NCBI RefSeq assembly: GCF_006345805.1
Contig: NC_042999.1
Location: 168,764,001 to 168,828,000, forward strand
Source: Octopus sinensis
Taxonomy: Eukaryota
Direction of reading: 5' to 3'
Length of the DNA: 64,000 nucleotides
The notes beneath the pieces were generated by a model. It was not told the DNA's origin. It ran no database searches and worked only from the letters and a program-made list of their open reading frames with translations. The position numbers and the translations under genes were made by a program. Shown here one piece after another: positions 1 to 13,495 of this stretch (positions are counted from its first letter, which is position 1; each line of letters opens with the position of its first letter).

Positions 1-169
1 GAAGTTCCCTGACTTTTCTAAGAATCCACATGTTAATAATGTTGCTAAAAATAATGGCTACAGTGATGAGTCCAAGCAATATTGTACGCAAAATGACTAT
101 AGTTCCTGAATGACGGATTAGTTTGTCTTCTGTCCGATTCTGCAGCGAAAAATTGGCATACATCCTCAT
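1..169 (-). CDS. 5' end of a rhodopsin-like (class A) GPCR, partial, runs off the left edge of the window
   Basis: Manual translation of the minus strand from ATG 169 gives MRMYANFSLQNRTEDKLIRHSGTIVILRTILLGLITVAIIFSNIINMWILRKVREL. It has two N-glycosylation sequons (NFS, NRT), a hydrophobic TM1 ending in the S-N-x-x-N equivalent of the GNxxV motif, then a basic ICL1. An in-frame TAA lies at 182-184 upstream. Absent from the ORF track (under 60 aa, no stop). Confidence 0.8.
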   Translation of the reverse strand, partial: MRMYANFSLQNRTEDKLIRHSGTIVILRTILLGLITVAIIFSNIINMWILRKVREL

Positions 170-654
170 TTTCTTTACAAATTAGAAATTAAGTAAATTC
201 TGGTTTATTTTAAAAAATATTTTTCGATAAGTGTGAGTGTAATAAATTAAAATCACAAAATATTGCAATTGCAGTGAACTTCTTAAATGGAAAACATGCG
301 TCTTTCCTTCCTTTTCTTCTCTTTCTTTCCTTCTTGAAATGTTTTTGCATTTGCTTCTGCTTCCAACCTTAGGTATGTGAGCTTTTATTCTTTCTTTATC
401 GAAAATATTCCGTCATTTTCTTCTTTGTAATAAATTTCTGGAAGAGAAATATAATGAAGAATAAGTTATGAAATTTATAAAATGCAATCAGTACTACAGT
501 ACTCAGCGAAAATATACTTTTTTTCATTTTTACAAAATAAAATTTAATTTCAGACATCCCTTGATAAGTGAGAAGTAGGCTGTCCCCTTTGTGTTATGGC
601 CTAGGTAATAAAGAATTACAGTCGGCGAGGTATTTTTGTTGATTTTTTAATCAT

Positions 655-965
655 TTTTGATCCCGGTTAGACGTGAGTCGCATTGTTATATAGTTGTTGA
701 AGGTCTCCCCGCGCAAGGTGCCCCCAGAAAGGAAATAAAGGTGAAGAGGAACAGAAGCAACATACTACCGAACAAGAGCAGAGTGCCGAAGTGGCGGTAC
801 TAGAAGGTGAGAAGAACACGGAGGGAGCAGAGGAAGCATTCAAGTGAGAGGTGGGCTGTTCCACTGTTGATAAATGGTGGACGGACACAGCAAGCAGTAC
901 CAGTCGGTGAGGTACGCCGTTCGAGTCAGTCACGCAGACAACGAAGTTACGTCGTCATAATGCGG
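655..965 (-). promoter_or_regulatory. Candidate promoter region of the GPCR
   Basis: CpG-containing, GC-elevated patch 500-800 bp upstream of the GPCR ATG. TATATAA on the minus strand at 686-692 points toward the gene. CRE/AP-1-like words lie near 670-680 and 948-958. Inference only; could be a repeat remnant. Confidence 0.3.
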
Positions 966-1679
966 AACATATAACTTGAATAAATGTATTTAGTTCTGAT
1001 TCTATTTCAAAGCAGTAAAGGAATACCTAATAATATTTATAACTGTCAAGATATATCCTAATTCAAACATAACTATGCTTTTCCACTGGATATTTCTTTA
1101 AAACTTCCTTACATCCATGACTTATTTGGAGTTTGAATTACTTATCTACTTACTCTTTTATTGAGGGAACGTCTCATAAAACCTTTTCTACTTATATTTT
1201 CAAATAACCGTTAGTTATTATGATGCTCGTAATTTGCATAAGGATAAATATGGATATCCGAAAATATTCTCTGTTATTTCCTGTATCAAGTCCTCTGGGA
1301 TGATAATTTTTTGTTTATACTTTTTGCACTGAGGAGAACAGTGATATATAATTAATTTAATTTAATCAAATTAATTTAATTATTCTACTATGAATTCGCA
1401 TGTTTTAATATCGTTGTTTGAAACGATCGTATGCATGTATTAAAATTCTTTCAAATTTTAACATCTTCTCTTCTCCATTTTTAACAAAATTGTTGGTTCT
1501 ATGGGATACCTTTCCACAAATTCACATAACACACTATATACAAATATTATTTTCATATTTGCAAACTTATGCCAGTAAGTTACCAGCAAAATATGAAGAA
1601 TTTCTATTAGAAATCGTTTTTTGGAACCCTCCAAATTAAAAGACGAAATATAATTCAACCTTTTCACTCACACGCACAT

Positions 1680-4600
1680 GACGTCGGCACTAGCTCGTAT
1701 CCGAGCATTCGGTTCGTCAGTTTCTATTCAGTCTCCTCGGCCGATGTTTGTGCCGAATGTGACTTCGGAGTCGAAGTCGGTGGTGAAAGAGTCGTGGGAA
1801 GAATATGCGCAGAATGGTCGGTGTGAGTAGAGGATGCTGAAGACGCTCCTTTCTTCTGTGTTACACCTCTTCATTCTGTTGTCTGTTCTGCTCGAAGGAG
1901 CTGGCTCCATTGCAGATAGCAGTCCCCCAGGCTGTCCTGTCCATGGTAATCTGTTTCCATGAGGATGGCTGGAAGTTAGTTTGAACCAAATTCCGTTTGA
2001 GCTGGTCTTTAAAACGGAATTTCGGACCTCCTCTTGGTCTTGTTCTGATTGCAAGTATTCCGGACAAAGGTTGTTGGTAATGTGATCTTCCCATCGAATA
2101 TTGAGGATCTGTCGTAGCTTGGATTGCTGGAAGCATTTAAGGTGTTTGAAGTCACGGCGGTACAGCGTCCAAGTCTCAAGTGTAGAGATGAGTTGACAAT
2201 ACAATGGCACGGAAGACCATGATCTTTGTCCGGATGGTCAGCGCGTGGTTGAAGAATACCCGTTGGCTGAGTCTACTGAAGGCGGAGTAGGCAGCCCTGA
2301 TCCGGTCTCCACGTTCTTTTCACACGTAGGTGTCTTCGAAACGATACTTCCTAGGTATGAGGAGTGTTCAACTTCTTCTAGGGGTTGGCCGTTGATGCTA
2401 ATGTTCGTGGGTGGACTGTCATGGCCTGGTGCAGATTGGATCAGGGTCTTGGTCTTTAATGTGTTTACCTGCATCCCGAAGCGTTCGCAAGCCACGTTGT
2501 AAAGATCGGCCGTCGTTTGTAGGCCATCTGCGGTTTGGCTCGGGTTGGCATTGTTGTCGGCATACTGAAACTCACGGACTGAGATGGCGGAGATCCTTGT
2601 CTTTGCGCGGAGACGTGCGAGATTGAAGAATCCACCATCCAAGCAATAGCGCATGTTGATGGAAGGCGAGCCTGGTGGGATTTCGTTGAATATGGCGGCC
2701 ATGTACAAAGAGAAACAGGTTGGTGCCAGGACGCATCCTTGCTTAAGACACCGTGATGGGAAATGGGTCTGTGAGGAAATTTTGATGGTATATCTATTTC
2801 TTTATTACCCACAAGGGGCTAAACATAGAGGGGACGAACAAGGACAGACATAGGTATTAAGTCGATTACATCGACTCCAGTGCGTAACTGGTACTTAATT
2901 TATCGACCCTGAAAGGATGAAAGGTAAAGTCGACCTCAGCGGAATTTGAACTCAGAACGCAGCGGCGGACGAAATACTGCAAAGCATTTCGCCCGGCGTG
3001 CTAACGATTCTGCCAGCTCGCCGCCTTATTTTTGATGGTATATCCTACCCACCATGCTGCCGCGAAGGGAGCGGACCAGGGCAATGAAGTCCTTCGGACA
3101 TGCAAACCGAGCAAGGACGGCCCACATTGCAGGACGGGGGACCTTGTCAAAGGGTTTCGTCAGATCCCAGAAGATGAACATTGTTGTTCTTGACACTTCT
3201 CCTGAAGTTGGCGGGAACAAAAGATCATGTCGATTGTGCCTCGAGAGGGTCGAAAGCCATACTGGGACTCAGGGAGGACGTCTTCCGCGAGGATGAGGAG
3301 ACGACAGAGTAGGATACAGGCGAAGATTTTGCTTGCAATACTCAGGAGTGAGATGCCCCGATAGTCGCATCGCGGAAGTCGTTCTGGAGGGTCTTGCTTT
3401 CCCAGATCTTAAGGATAAGGAGCATCAGATGATTTCTCAGCTCAGGACCTCCGTGCGTGAAAAACTCAAACGGGATGAGCTTCATGCGCTCGAATACCTT
3501 GTTGAACTCATAGGGCAAAGGCGGCAGGGACATCCAATGGCGGATGGAGATCTGTGGGGTGCTTTGGAGGAGATTGTCAGGAGTGCGTGAGTGGTTGTTT
3601 AGTAGGCTCTAGAAATGGGTCTTCCAGCAATCGAGGATTCCCTGGGTGTCGGTTATCGTAGAGCCAGCTGCGTTTTTCAAGCCATCCACTGATGGCCTTG
3701 TGGGGCCGAAGATGATTGCGACATAAAAGCGGTACAAGTCTCGTTGGTCTGCATAGTTTTGCATCTCCCCTGATTTCCTCTGTCATCAGATGTTCTGAGC
3801 TTCTCAAATTCCTCGCTGGTATTCCACTAATGCTTGCTAGAGTTTTCGTTTGTTTTCTGCAGTGGCATGGTTCTCGAAGGTGAGGCGCGTCCGGACTTTG
3901 GCTTCGATAAGACTGGAAATGGTTTCATCATTCTCGTCAAACCGGTCTTGGTTCTTCTGAGTAAAACCGATCGTCTCCTCGGCGGCAGCGGTTATGGCTT
4001 CACGAAGTTTGGTCCAGCGACCCCCAATGGAGGTCGGCTCTGGGAGGTCCATCAGGTGTCTCTCAATGGATTTCCTGAAGTCTTGGGATGCCTGTGAGTT
4101 CCGGAGTATGGCGCAGTCGAAGCGTCGGTAAGGAATGTTTACTGAGACCCGCATTATTGGGCGGCGGACCTTGATGTCAAGGCGAGAAATAATAAGACGG
4201 TGATCCATCCAGCAGCTATCTGCACCAGGCATGGAGCGGGTGATGCATACATCTCGCCCGTCCTTGCATCTTGTCAGAAAGTAGTCGAGGATGTGCTAGT
4301 GTTTAGAGCGTTGGTGTTTCCAGGTCGCATTTTGTTTGCTAAGGAGACGAAATGGGGAGTTGGTGATGACGAGTTCATGCGCGGAGCAAAGGCCGAGGAA
4401 GAGCTGGCCGTTGGCATTGCATTCCCCAATGCCGTGATGACCAAGAATGCAGTTCCACAGACAATGGTCACTGCTGACTCTACCGTTAGAGTCCCCCAAC
4501 ACCACGAGTTTGCATGTGCGGGGACTGTTTGGATAGTTCGGTCCAGCAGGTTGTAGAGTGAAGCTTTGATGTCGTCTTCAGATGTGAGGGTAGGAGCGTA

Positions 4601-5712
4601 CACAAAGATCAGCGTAAAGGATCTGTCTCGAATGAGCGGGATCCGAACTGTCATCAGGCCCTCGCTGACAGCAGTTGGGACGAGTCTGTGTTGGTCTACG
4701 AGTTTCGTTTTGATGACAAGGCCAACTGTTGATGCGTGGTTCGTAGGATTCTTCCCCTTTAAAAAAAATGGTGTATTTGGAGTCAGCTTCTCTGATGCTG
4801 CCATCTCCGGGAAGTCTAGTCTCGCTCAAGGCTGCCACGTCGATGTTAAAGTGGACAAGCTCCTTGCAGTCGAGGGCTGTATGTCGCTCCGTGCGATCAA
4901 TGTAACTCTTGTTCTGGAGAGTGCGGATATTCCAGACCCCGAAAGTGAAGTGAGAGTTTGTGAAACAAAGAATTTAGTAGTCGATGATGAGTGAGTAGAA
5001 GTAGAGTTCCGACCACTGAGTGGGAGGTCTGCCAGCCGCAGTATGCTGACCAGATCGAGTTGCCGTGTCCGATGTTTACCCCCACTTTTTCTAGGGACTC
5101 CTCCTTAAAGGATGGGCTGTGGTAATTCTAAAGAAGCCAGCCCAGTCACGAGTCCAGCTGCTGAACTCCAATGTCACGGCTATTCATTGGAGAGCGACCA
5201 TCTAAAATTTGCCGCTAATGTGTGGTCACGGACTGGAGGCTTCCAGCTTTCCAGACCTGCCTCCAGCACCCGCGATACCATTGGTATTGGGCTTTTTTTT
5301 TTGAGACTCAAAGAGTAGAAAGACGAATCCAGTCGCTGAGTAACTTGTTTGAGGTGATCGTGGCTGCGCAACGGCCACGCGCACGCACTTGGCCAGGAAG
5401 TCTCCGCTGCGGCTCAAGAATTGAGTGCAGTCTTGTGGCTGGTTGCAGCGAGCTGCCAGAGTCTATCCGCCTTTGTAACGCCTGCCCACCAAGCGTTGCA
5501 CTCTTCCGCCGGAGTCAATCCTTGGGGTTTTGAGATTGCCCTCCCCTGCTTGCTTCGCCGTTGGGATCTTGATCTTGGTGTTTGGTCGTGTTTAGGCTGG
5601 GACCTCATCCTCAACCTTCCTGCTATGGGTAGCCCTACCAGGAGTCTAAGACTCCAGACGGCATCGCTCTTGGAATCATTGGAACACACAAGCACTTCCA
5701 ACACGGTAAGGG
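1680..5712 (-). mobile_element. Near full-length, degenerate RTE-clade LINE (APE endonuclease plus RT)
   Basis: Frameshifted fragments in order: AALSETRL, VYAPTL, VLGDSNGRV, CWMDHRLIISRL (endonuclease); FWDLTKPFDKVPR, EFQYADNN, YLGSIVS, ETWTLYRRD, GGPKFRFKDQLK (RT and C-terminus). RTE/BovB-like 5' UTR at 5585-5712. Confidence 0.92.
2795..3027 (-). mobile_element. tRNA-derived SINE (GTCGACTTT..CCTTTCATCCTTTC..GGTCGATAAA body) inserted in the RTE
   Basis: Head AAGGCGGCGAGCTGGCAGAA with B box GAGTTCAAATTCC. 15-bp target-site duplication TTTTGATGGTATATC at 2780-2794 and 3030-3044. Second copy at 15278-15505. Confidence 0.9.
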
Positions 5713-5714
5713 AT

Positions 5715-7139
5715 TGTTTGTGTGTTGTGTGTGTGAGTGTGCGTTCGTGTGTGTGTGTGTATACATACATACACACACACATGCATGCACGCGCGCACAC
5801 ATACATACCTACATACATACACTTACACACACTTACACATATACACACATACATACACACACATACACACATACACATACATACATACACACACATACAC
5901 ACATACACATACATACATACACAAGACATACATACATACAGACATACACCTATACACTCACACATAAATACATACACACCCACATACACACGCACACACA
6001 TACATACATGCATTACATACGTACACACACATACTTACATACATTCATACCTTCACTCATACATACATACATACACACACACACAAACATACACAGACAC
6101 ACACCCATACATACACACATACATACACACATACACTTATACACACATACATACATACATGCATACACACACACTTCCTCACATACACACATACATACAT
6201 ACACACATACACACACATACATACATACATACATACACACATACACATACACATACACATATACACACACGCATACTTACATACACTCATACGGACATAC
6301 ATACACACAGACATACACACATACACACTCACACATACATACATACACACACACATACCTACACATGCACTCGCATGCACGCGCACACACATGCATGCGC
6401 GCGCGCGAGCACACATACATACATGCATGCACGCATGCCTGTGGGGTCTGGCTTTATCTCGGGTTCGCGTCTGGGCCAGTGCGTTGTGCCTGGGGTTTCT
6501 CATGCGCCTGTCACCGCAAGAGTATTTTCCATCATTCTTTCAGTTGCGAAGTGTGTCCTTGCATGCATATATATACACACATATAAACATATAAACACAC
6601 ATATAATACCCCTACGTTTTGTACACACACGCACATACATACATACATTCACTCCCACGCACTTACACACACACATTTACATATATATATGCAATACACG
6701 CACACACACTTACACACGTACAAACACACACGAATTCACATACACACCGACACATATACATACACACAACATATGCCTCCACGCGCACGCACACATACAC
6801 ATACGTACATACATATAAGCACAGACACACACATACATACGCACACCAAAACATGCGCACACATACGCACGCACACATACATACATGCACACAATTATAC
6901 ATATACGCACACACACACACCCACACATACACTTAGTTAAGCACAGTTACTCGCCATACACACAAAAAAACGCACACGTACACACACACGAGACATATAC
7001 ACGCACACACACATGCCTCCCTGTTTCTGACCTGCCTTCCTCACTCGCTAACTGCTGCTTGCCACTAGCCATTGCCCACCATACACACACATACACACAC
7101 ACGCACACACTCACACACACACCCTTGTCATCTCGCACA

Positions 7140-7140
<1 letters not shown>
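5715..7140. repeat. Compound (CA)n/(TACA)n microsatellite field
   Basis: Direct reading of the sequence. Contains a ~120-bp non-repetitive island at 6438-6560. Confidence 0.95.
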
Positions 7141-7703
<563 letters not shown>

Positions 7704-7718
7704 AAATATATATATATA

Positions 7719-7728
7719 TGTTATGGGG

Positions 7729-7779
<51 letters not shown>

Positions 7780-10700
7780 GAACACCCCCTCCCAACATGA
7801 CGAGTGGTATGTGCTACAAAAATCGTAAAATTAGGGAAGATTTGTTGGGCAGTTTTCTCGAGTTGCAAAAACAGCAACTGCACGAACAACAGCAACAACA
7901 ACAACAGCTGCAGAAGCAGCACCAACAACTGCAGGAACAATAGCAGGAACAGCAACAACAACAACAATTACTATTACAGCAACAACAGCTGCATGAACAA
8001 CAACAATTACTATTACAACGAATGCTGCAATTAATGAATAGTAAGTCACCCAAAAATGCTGAAAAGACGTTCTTGTCAGATTATGTTGTAAACTCAATAA
8101 TCTAATTTAAGTAAGAACCAGACGAAGGAGCTACCTTCGGGACGTACTTTAGAAGATACGAATAAATCTTCTGTAAAGAGTGTAAAGATTGGGACGATGC
8201 TATGAAAACGTGTCTAATCATAAGAAAACTGGCAGGAGAAGAACATGAGCGTTGCAGAAATTACGTACTCCCGAAGAGACTTTTTGACATAAACTTTAGA
8301 AATACAACAGACATACTGTGTAGAATTTTTAGCGAGAAAAGCTCGTTGTTCAATACACGCTGGAAGTGTTTGAACCTAGAAACGATCAACGAGGAGGACT
8401 ACATTACATATGCTGGTAGAGTTAACAGAGAATGTGAAACCTTCAAACGGGACGAATTAACGCCACATGTGTTCAAGTACCTGATATTTACTCAGGGACT
8501 AACTGCAAAAAAAAGAAAAAAGACGTTGAAGTAAGAACAAGAATTCTCGCTAAGCTGGAACAAAACTAAACTGTATCCTTACAACAAGTGTCAGAATGTG
8601 CGAAAGAATAGTAAATTTAAGACACGACACTGAGAAAATTGAACATAAAGATTACTCCCAAGTGAAACAAGTGAGAAGCAGTCAGAATAGAAAGCAAGTG
8701 TGTTCTAAAATACAGTACAAACAGGACAAAAATCAGGAAACAAACCTATGTTTTGCACGTGGAGGTCTACACCTGAGAAAAACTGCCCATTTAAGAAAGT
8801 GGAGTGTTTCCGTCGTAGAAAAATTGGACACGTAAAAGCACAGTGTAAAACCAAGATGACAAAACGTTGGAACAAAGGAAAAAGAGTAGAGTAAACAAGA
8901 TGTCAATGGAAGAAAATGGTAATGTGATAAAGAGAAAATTAGTAAATGGGAAAATTGAAAATATACGAGTGAAAATGCAGTTAGACACTGGAAGTGATTT
9001 TACCATTGTGAATGAAGAAACTTGGAAGTATATCGGTAAACCGAAATTAAGGAAATCTCCAAAAGTAACACACGGTGTTACGGGTAAAAGATTGCATTTT
9101 GTAGGTGAATTTGTGTGTAATGTGACATTTCGTGACCAAATGAAAACGGCAAACGTATAAGTGTTAAAAATTCAGTTAATCTATTCGGCACAGAGTGGAT
9201 GGAACTGTTCAAATTGTGGAATACGGCCATAAGTCGGTCCAGTCGAAGGGATTGAAACGAAAAATAAAACATTCATTTCAAGATATTTGCACGAAAACGA
9301 AGGCAAAAACTGTAGTGAAACAAACGTTTGTATTTTAGCCAAAACGAAATGTACCGTTCGCGGTGCTAGAATAGGTAAATAAGGAACTTGAAAGACTTGA
9401 AAGCCCATGAATAGTCGAGAAGACTGACCACTCAGATTGGACAGCACCTGTGGTCTAAGTAAAAAAGAAAAATAATACGAGTTTGTGCAAATTTTTCAAC
9501 GGGGTTGAATGATTGCTTAATGTCACATTGCCGAGTCCTGAGGCTGTGTTTGCAAAATTGAATGGAAGGAAATACTCAAAATTAAGACCTTTCAGAGACA
9601 TATTTACAAATCCAAGTAGAAGAAGAATACTCACACTTATTAGCCATTAATACACACCGTGGCTTATTTTAATTCAAGCGGCTTCCCTTCGGTGTAAAAG
9701 TGGTCCCTTCCATATTTCAACAAGTAATGGATACAATACTGGCGGACAGTGATTTTACTATCGCATTTTTATACGATATCCTAATAAAAAGCGAATCACA
9801 CGAACAACGTGTAGAACACGTAAAAAGGGTATTCGAGAAGGATAAACGAAAAGATATGAAAATATAAGTGAAGAAAAATGGGAGTTCTTTCCGAAAGAAT
9901 TAAACACTCGGGCCAGATAACAGATAAAAACGGACGGAAACCGAATCCATCCAAAGCAACTGCAGTAAAAAATATGCCCACGCCGAATTATGTGACTATG
10001 CAACATGCATTCTTGGGATTAGTAAATTACTACCAAAATTATATTCTCAATATACACAATGTAGGCGCAGGAGTGGCTGTGTGGTAAGTAGCTTGCTAAC
10101 CAACCACATGGTTTTGGGTTCAGTCCCACTGTGTGGCATCTTGGGCAAGTGTCTTCTGCTATAGCCCCGGGCCGACCAATGCCTTGTGAGTGGATTTGGT
10201 AGACGGAAACTGAAAGAAGCCTGTCGTATATATGTATGTATATATATATATATGTGTGTGTGTATATGTTTGTGTGTCTGTGTTTGTCTCCATAGCATTG
10301 CTTGACAACCGATGCTGGTGTGTTTACGTCCCCGTCACTTAACGGTTCGGCAAAAGAGGCCGATAGAATAAGTACTGGGCTTACAAAGAATAAGTCCCGG
10401 GGTCGATTTGCTCGACAAAAGGCGGTGCTCCAGCATGGCGGCAGTCAAATGACTGAAACAAGTAAAAGAGTAAAAGAGTAAAGAGTAATGTAAGGTCATC
10501 GCTCAATGATTTGTTAAAGAAAAATGCAAAATGGTGCTGGACTGGTAAGTGCTAGAAGGCATTTGACGAATAAAAAACATTTTAACATCGAACTTATCTT
10601 TAACGCATCTTGATCCGAAGCTGAATATCATATTGGCTACAGATGCGACTGATTACGATGCAGGAGGAGTAATTCTGCACAAATATGACGATAGGAGTTA

Positions 10701-12695
10701 AAAAGCTACAGCCCATACGTCACGATCGTTATTACCAGCAGAAAGGAACTTATAGTCAAATAAAAAGGGAAGCGTTATCAATCATATTCAGTGTGAAAAA
10801 ATTCCGTAGATTTATTAATGGAAGAAGTTTCTATCTACAAACGGATCATTACCCACTACTCTCAATATACGGTTCTAAAAAAGGAATACCGACACACACA
10901 GCGAATAGACTACAGCGATGGGGCACTACATTATTGAATTATGATTACAAAATGGACTATTTACCGTCAAAAAACTAGAGCATGCCGATAGTTTGTCCAG
11001 ACTGATACCGAAATACTGCAAGCCATTTGAAGATGCGGTAATTGCGACATTAAGATCAGAAGGAGAAATAAAAGCAAAATGTAATGTAGAATGTGGTACG
11101 CGAATTACCGGTGACCCTGGAAGACAAAACGAAATGCGAAAAAGAACAAATTCGTAGCAGAAATGAAATAAATGCTGTGGACAAGAAAAGTAAATCAGAA
11201 CAGGATTGGTTCAAAACGACATGAACCTATATTCAAGACATGAACCTATATTCAATTTATGATGGCGTATGCACAGAGAGTAGTAATACCTGAAGCACCG
11301 CAAAAGAAAATGTTGAGGGAATTCCATGATGGCCATCCTGGTAGTTCGAGGGTGAAAGCTTTAATGTGTAGCTACGTGTACTGACCAAAAATGGATAGAG
11401 AAATCGAAAATTTAGTGAAAGGCTGCAGACGATGTGCTCTAGCGGCAAAACTACCGCCGATAAGAAGTGACCCTTGGCCAAAAGCAGGTGTTCCGTGGTC
11501 GAGACTACACATCGAATTCGCTGCTCCCTTAAATGGTTCATATTACATAGTGGTAGTAGATAGTTTCTCTAAATGGCCAGAAATGTGTAAGTGTAAAAAA
11601 AAACCTCCTCTACTACGACAAACTTTCTACACGAGCTGTTTGCGAGATTTGGCGTCCCAGACACAATAGTATCTGACAGTGGAACGCAGTTTGTGTGTTT
11701 AGAGTTTAAACAGTTTTGTAAAACGTTCACCGTAGAACATGTAACTACGGCGTCATACCATCCCAGATCTAACGGACAAGCAGAACGCTTTGTCAATACG
11801 TTCAAGAGAGTCCTAAGAATGTCGAATGAGGAAGTCACGGATGAGATAGCTCTACAACAATTCTTAAGAGTGACACCAAATCCAAACACACCAACAGGTA
11901 TGCCACCACCGGAGCTGATGCTTGCGAGAGAAATAAAATCAGACTTCGACAAATTATTACCTGGTAAGAAAAGAAAAATTGCAATGGATAATACAGCAAG
12001 ATATTCCAAAATTGGTGAAAATATATTTTTTAGGGCATATGAGAACCGGAAAACAAGGCTGGGAAGATGGCATGATTACCAAACGCATAGGAAAAACGCT
12101 ATACGTGGTAAAAGGAAGAAGAGGGGTATACAAGAGACACATGAATCAATAAAAAAAAAGATTCGTTGAGAACGGACCCAAGAGAATGGAAGAACCAATG
12201 GAATGGTTATATGATAATTTTCAAGTATCAACACCACTACAAATAATTGAACCAAGAATCTTTTTTTTTTTGGTTGATTCTTGTATACCCCTCTTTTTCC
12301 TTTTACCACGTATAGTATTTTTCGCGAAAGAAAAAGAAAATGTACGGAGTTCCTGGAAGTGGATGCCAAACGAAAGAAATATTAAATTTGTAACTGTGTG
12401 AAAAAAAAAGAAAAGCTCAAAAAATGGAGGTGGCGTGATGTAAAAATTGTTGCTAATAAAAAGAAATAAAATTACACTCCCTAAGAAAAAAGAAAAACTT
12501 AAAAGGGGAGATGTTATGGGGATAATAATAATAATAATGTAACACCCCTCCCAAGTGACGAGTGGCATGTGTTGTCGTTACAAATACTGTAACATAGAAA
12601 AGTCGGCGGTAGTTGGTCATAGATAGTCGTGTCTTATCTAACTATACTGCTATACCGGAGTGGACGTAATAACAGTCCGACGTTGGAATACATCA
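7719..12695 (+). mobile_element. Degenerate Ty3/Gypsy LTR retrotransposon (K02A2.6/Mag-like)
   Basis: Both LTRs start TGTTATGGGGATAAT (7719, truncated; 12512-12695, ending CA). Polypurine tract AAAAGGGGAGA at 12501-12511 and ATATA flanks. Decayed gag with poly-Q start and CCHC remnants, protease LDTGS (~8980), RT (RLPFGVKVVPSIFQQVMD), RNase H (YSQIKREALSIIF..TDH), integrase (PWSRLHIEFA, YHPRSNGQAERFV). Many stops and frameshifts. Confidence 0.93.
10064..10486 (+). mobile_element. Full-length tRNA-derived SINE (octopus OK/OR-like) inserted in Gypsy pol
   Basis: Head GGCGCAGGAGTGGCTGTGTGGTAAG with A/B-box-like motifs, internal TA/TG microsatellite, (TAAAAGAG)n tail. AATGTA duplication at 10058-10063 and 10487-10492. 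Confidence 0.9.
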
Positions 12696-12720
12696 ATATA
12701 TATTAATATTGAAAAAATGA

Positions 12721-12808
<88 letters not shown>

Positions 12809-13059
12809 TATATATATCTGACACGAGGCTAAAAAGTCACAGGCAAGACTATATTTGAAAAAAAGTTACAATATTAAAATAAAAAATGTACATACATGCT
12901 GAGAAAAAAACCAGAGAGAACTTAACAAGGAAAATACATCGATCAGATAAGATCGGCCGGCGTCATTTTTCCCCTATTACCCCATTTGTATTCTCCCTTA
13001 TTGTATCTTATTTTACTTTATTTTATTGAACCTTTTTTGATGTTCTTACAAAAATTCCT

Positions 13060-13159
13060 TACACTGATGAAAATGACAATGCATAAATTTAATTATAATT
13101 AGTATGGTTATAATATGTTTCTTATATATTTGTATTGTCCTTTGAAACAAGCGTATGTA
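13060..13159 (+). ncRNA. Type I hammerhead ribozyme motif with extended stem II
   Basis: Stem I TACA/TGTA; CTGATGA 13064-13070; stem II AAATGACAATGCA / TGTATTGTCCTTT closing an AT-rich loop; GAAA 13144-13147; minimal stem III; GUA cleavage triplet at 13153-13155. Confidence 0.7.
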
Positions 13160-13403
13160 TTGAATCCTATTTTGTATCAAATCTAATTTTGATTCAACAT
13201 CTTTTTCTCCTCCATTTTTCTATAATTGTTTATGGTATATTTATACCTATAACGATATTTTTCAACTACTATTTTCATATTCTTATTACGTGCTCTGGCT
13301 GTTTTTTTTTAATATGATGAATCTTTATTAGAAATCATTCTTTCTCTTTTTGAACCTCTCAAAAAGTTTGAATTGTTCTCTTTTGAATTTATTTTTCCCT
13401 ATA

Positions 13404-13439
<36 letters not shown>

Positions 13440-13495
13440 TGTATGTATGTATGTATGTATGTATGTATGTATGTATGTATGTATGTATGTATGTA

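Noticed and set aside
667-933. 88-aa minus-strand ORF
   Set aside because: Non-ATG start, low-complexity Ser/Cys content and no recognisable domain; more plausibly regulatory or repeat-derived.
10064-10140. tRNA gene
   Set aside because: Only the tRNA-like head of a SINE, with no full cloverleaf; it continues into SINE body and tail. The same applies to the other SINE heads.
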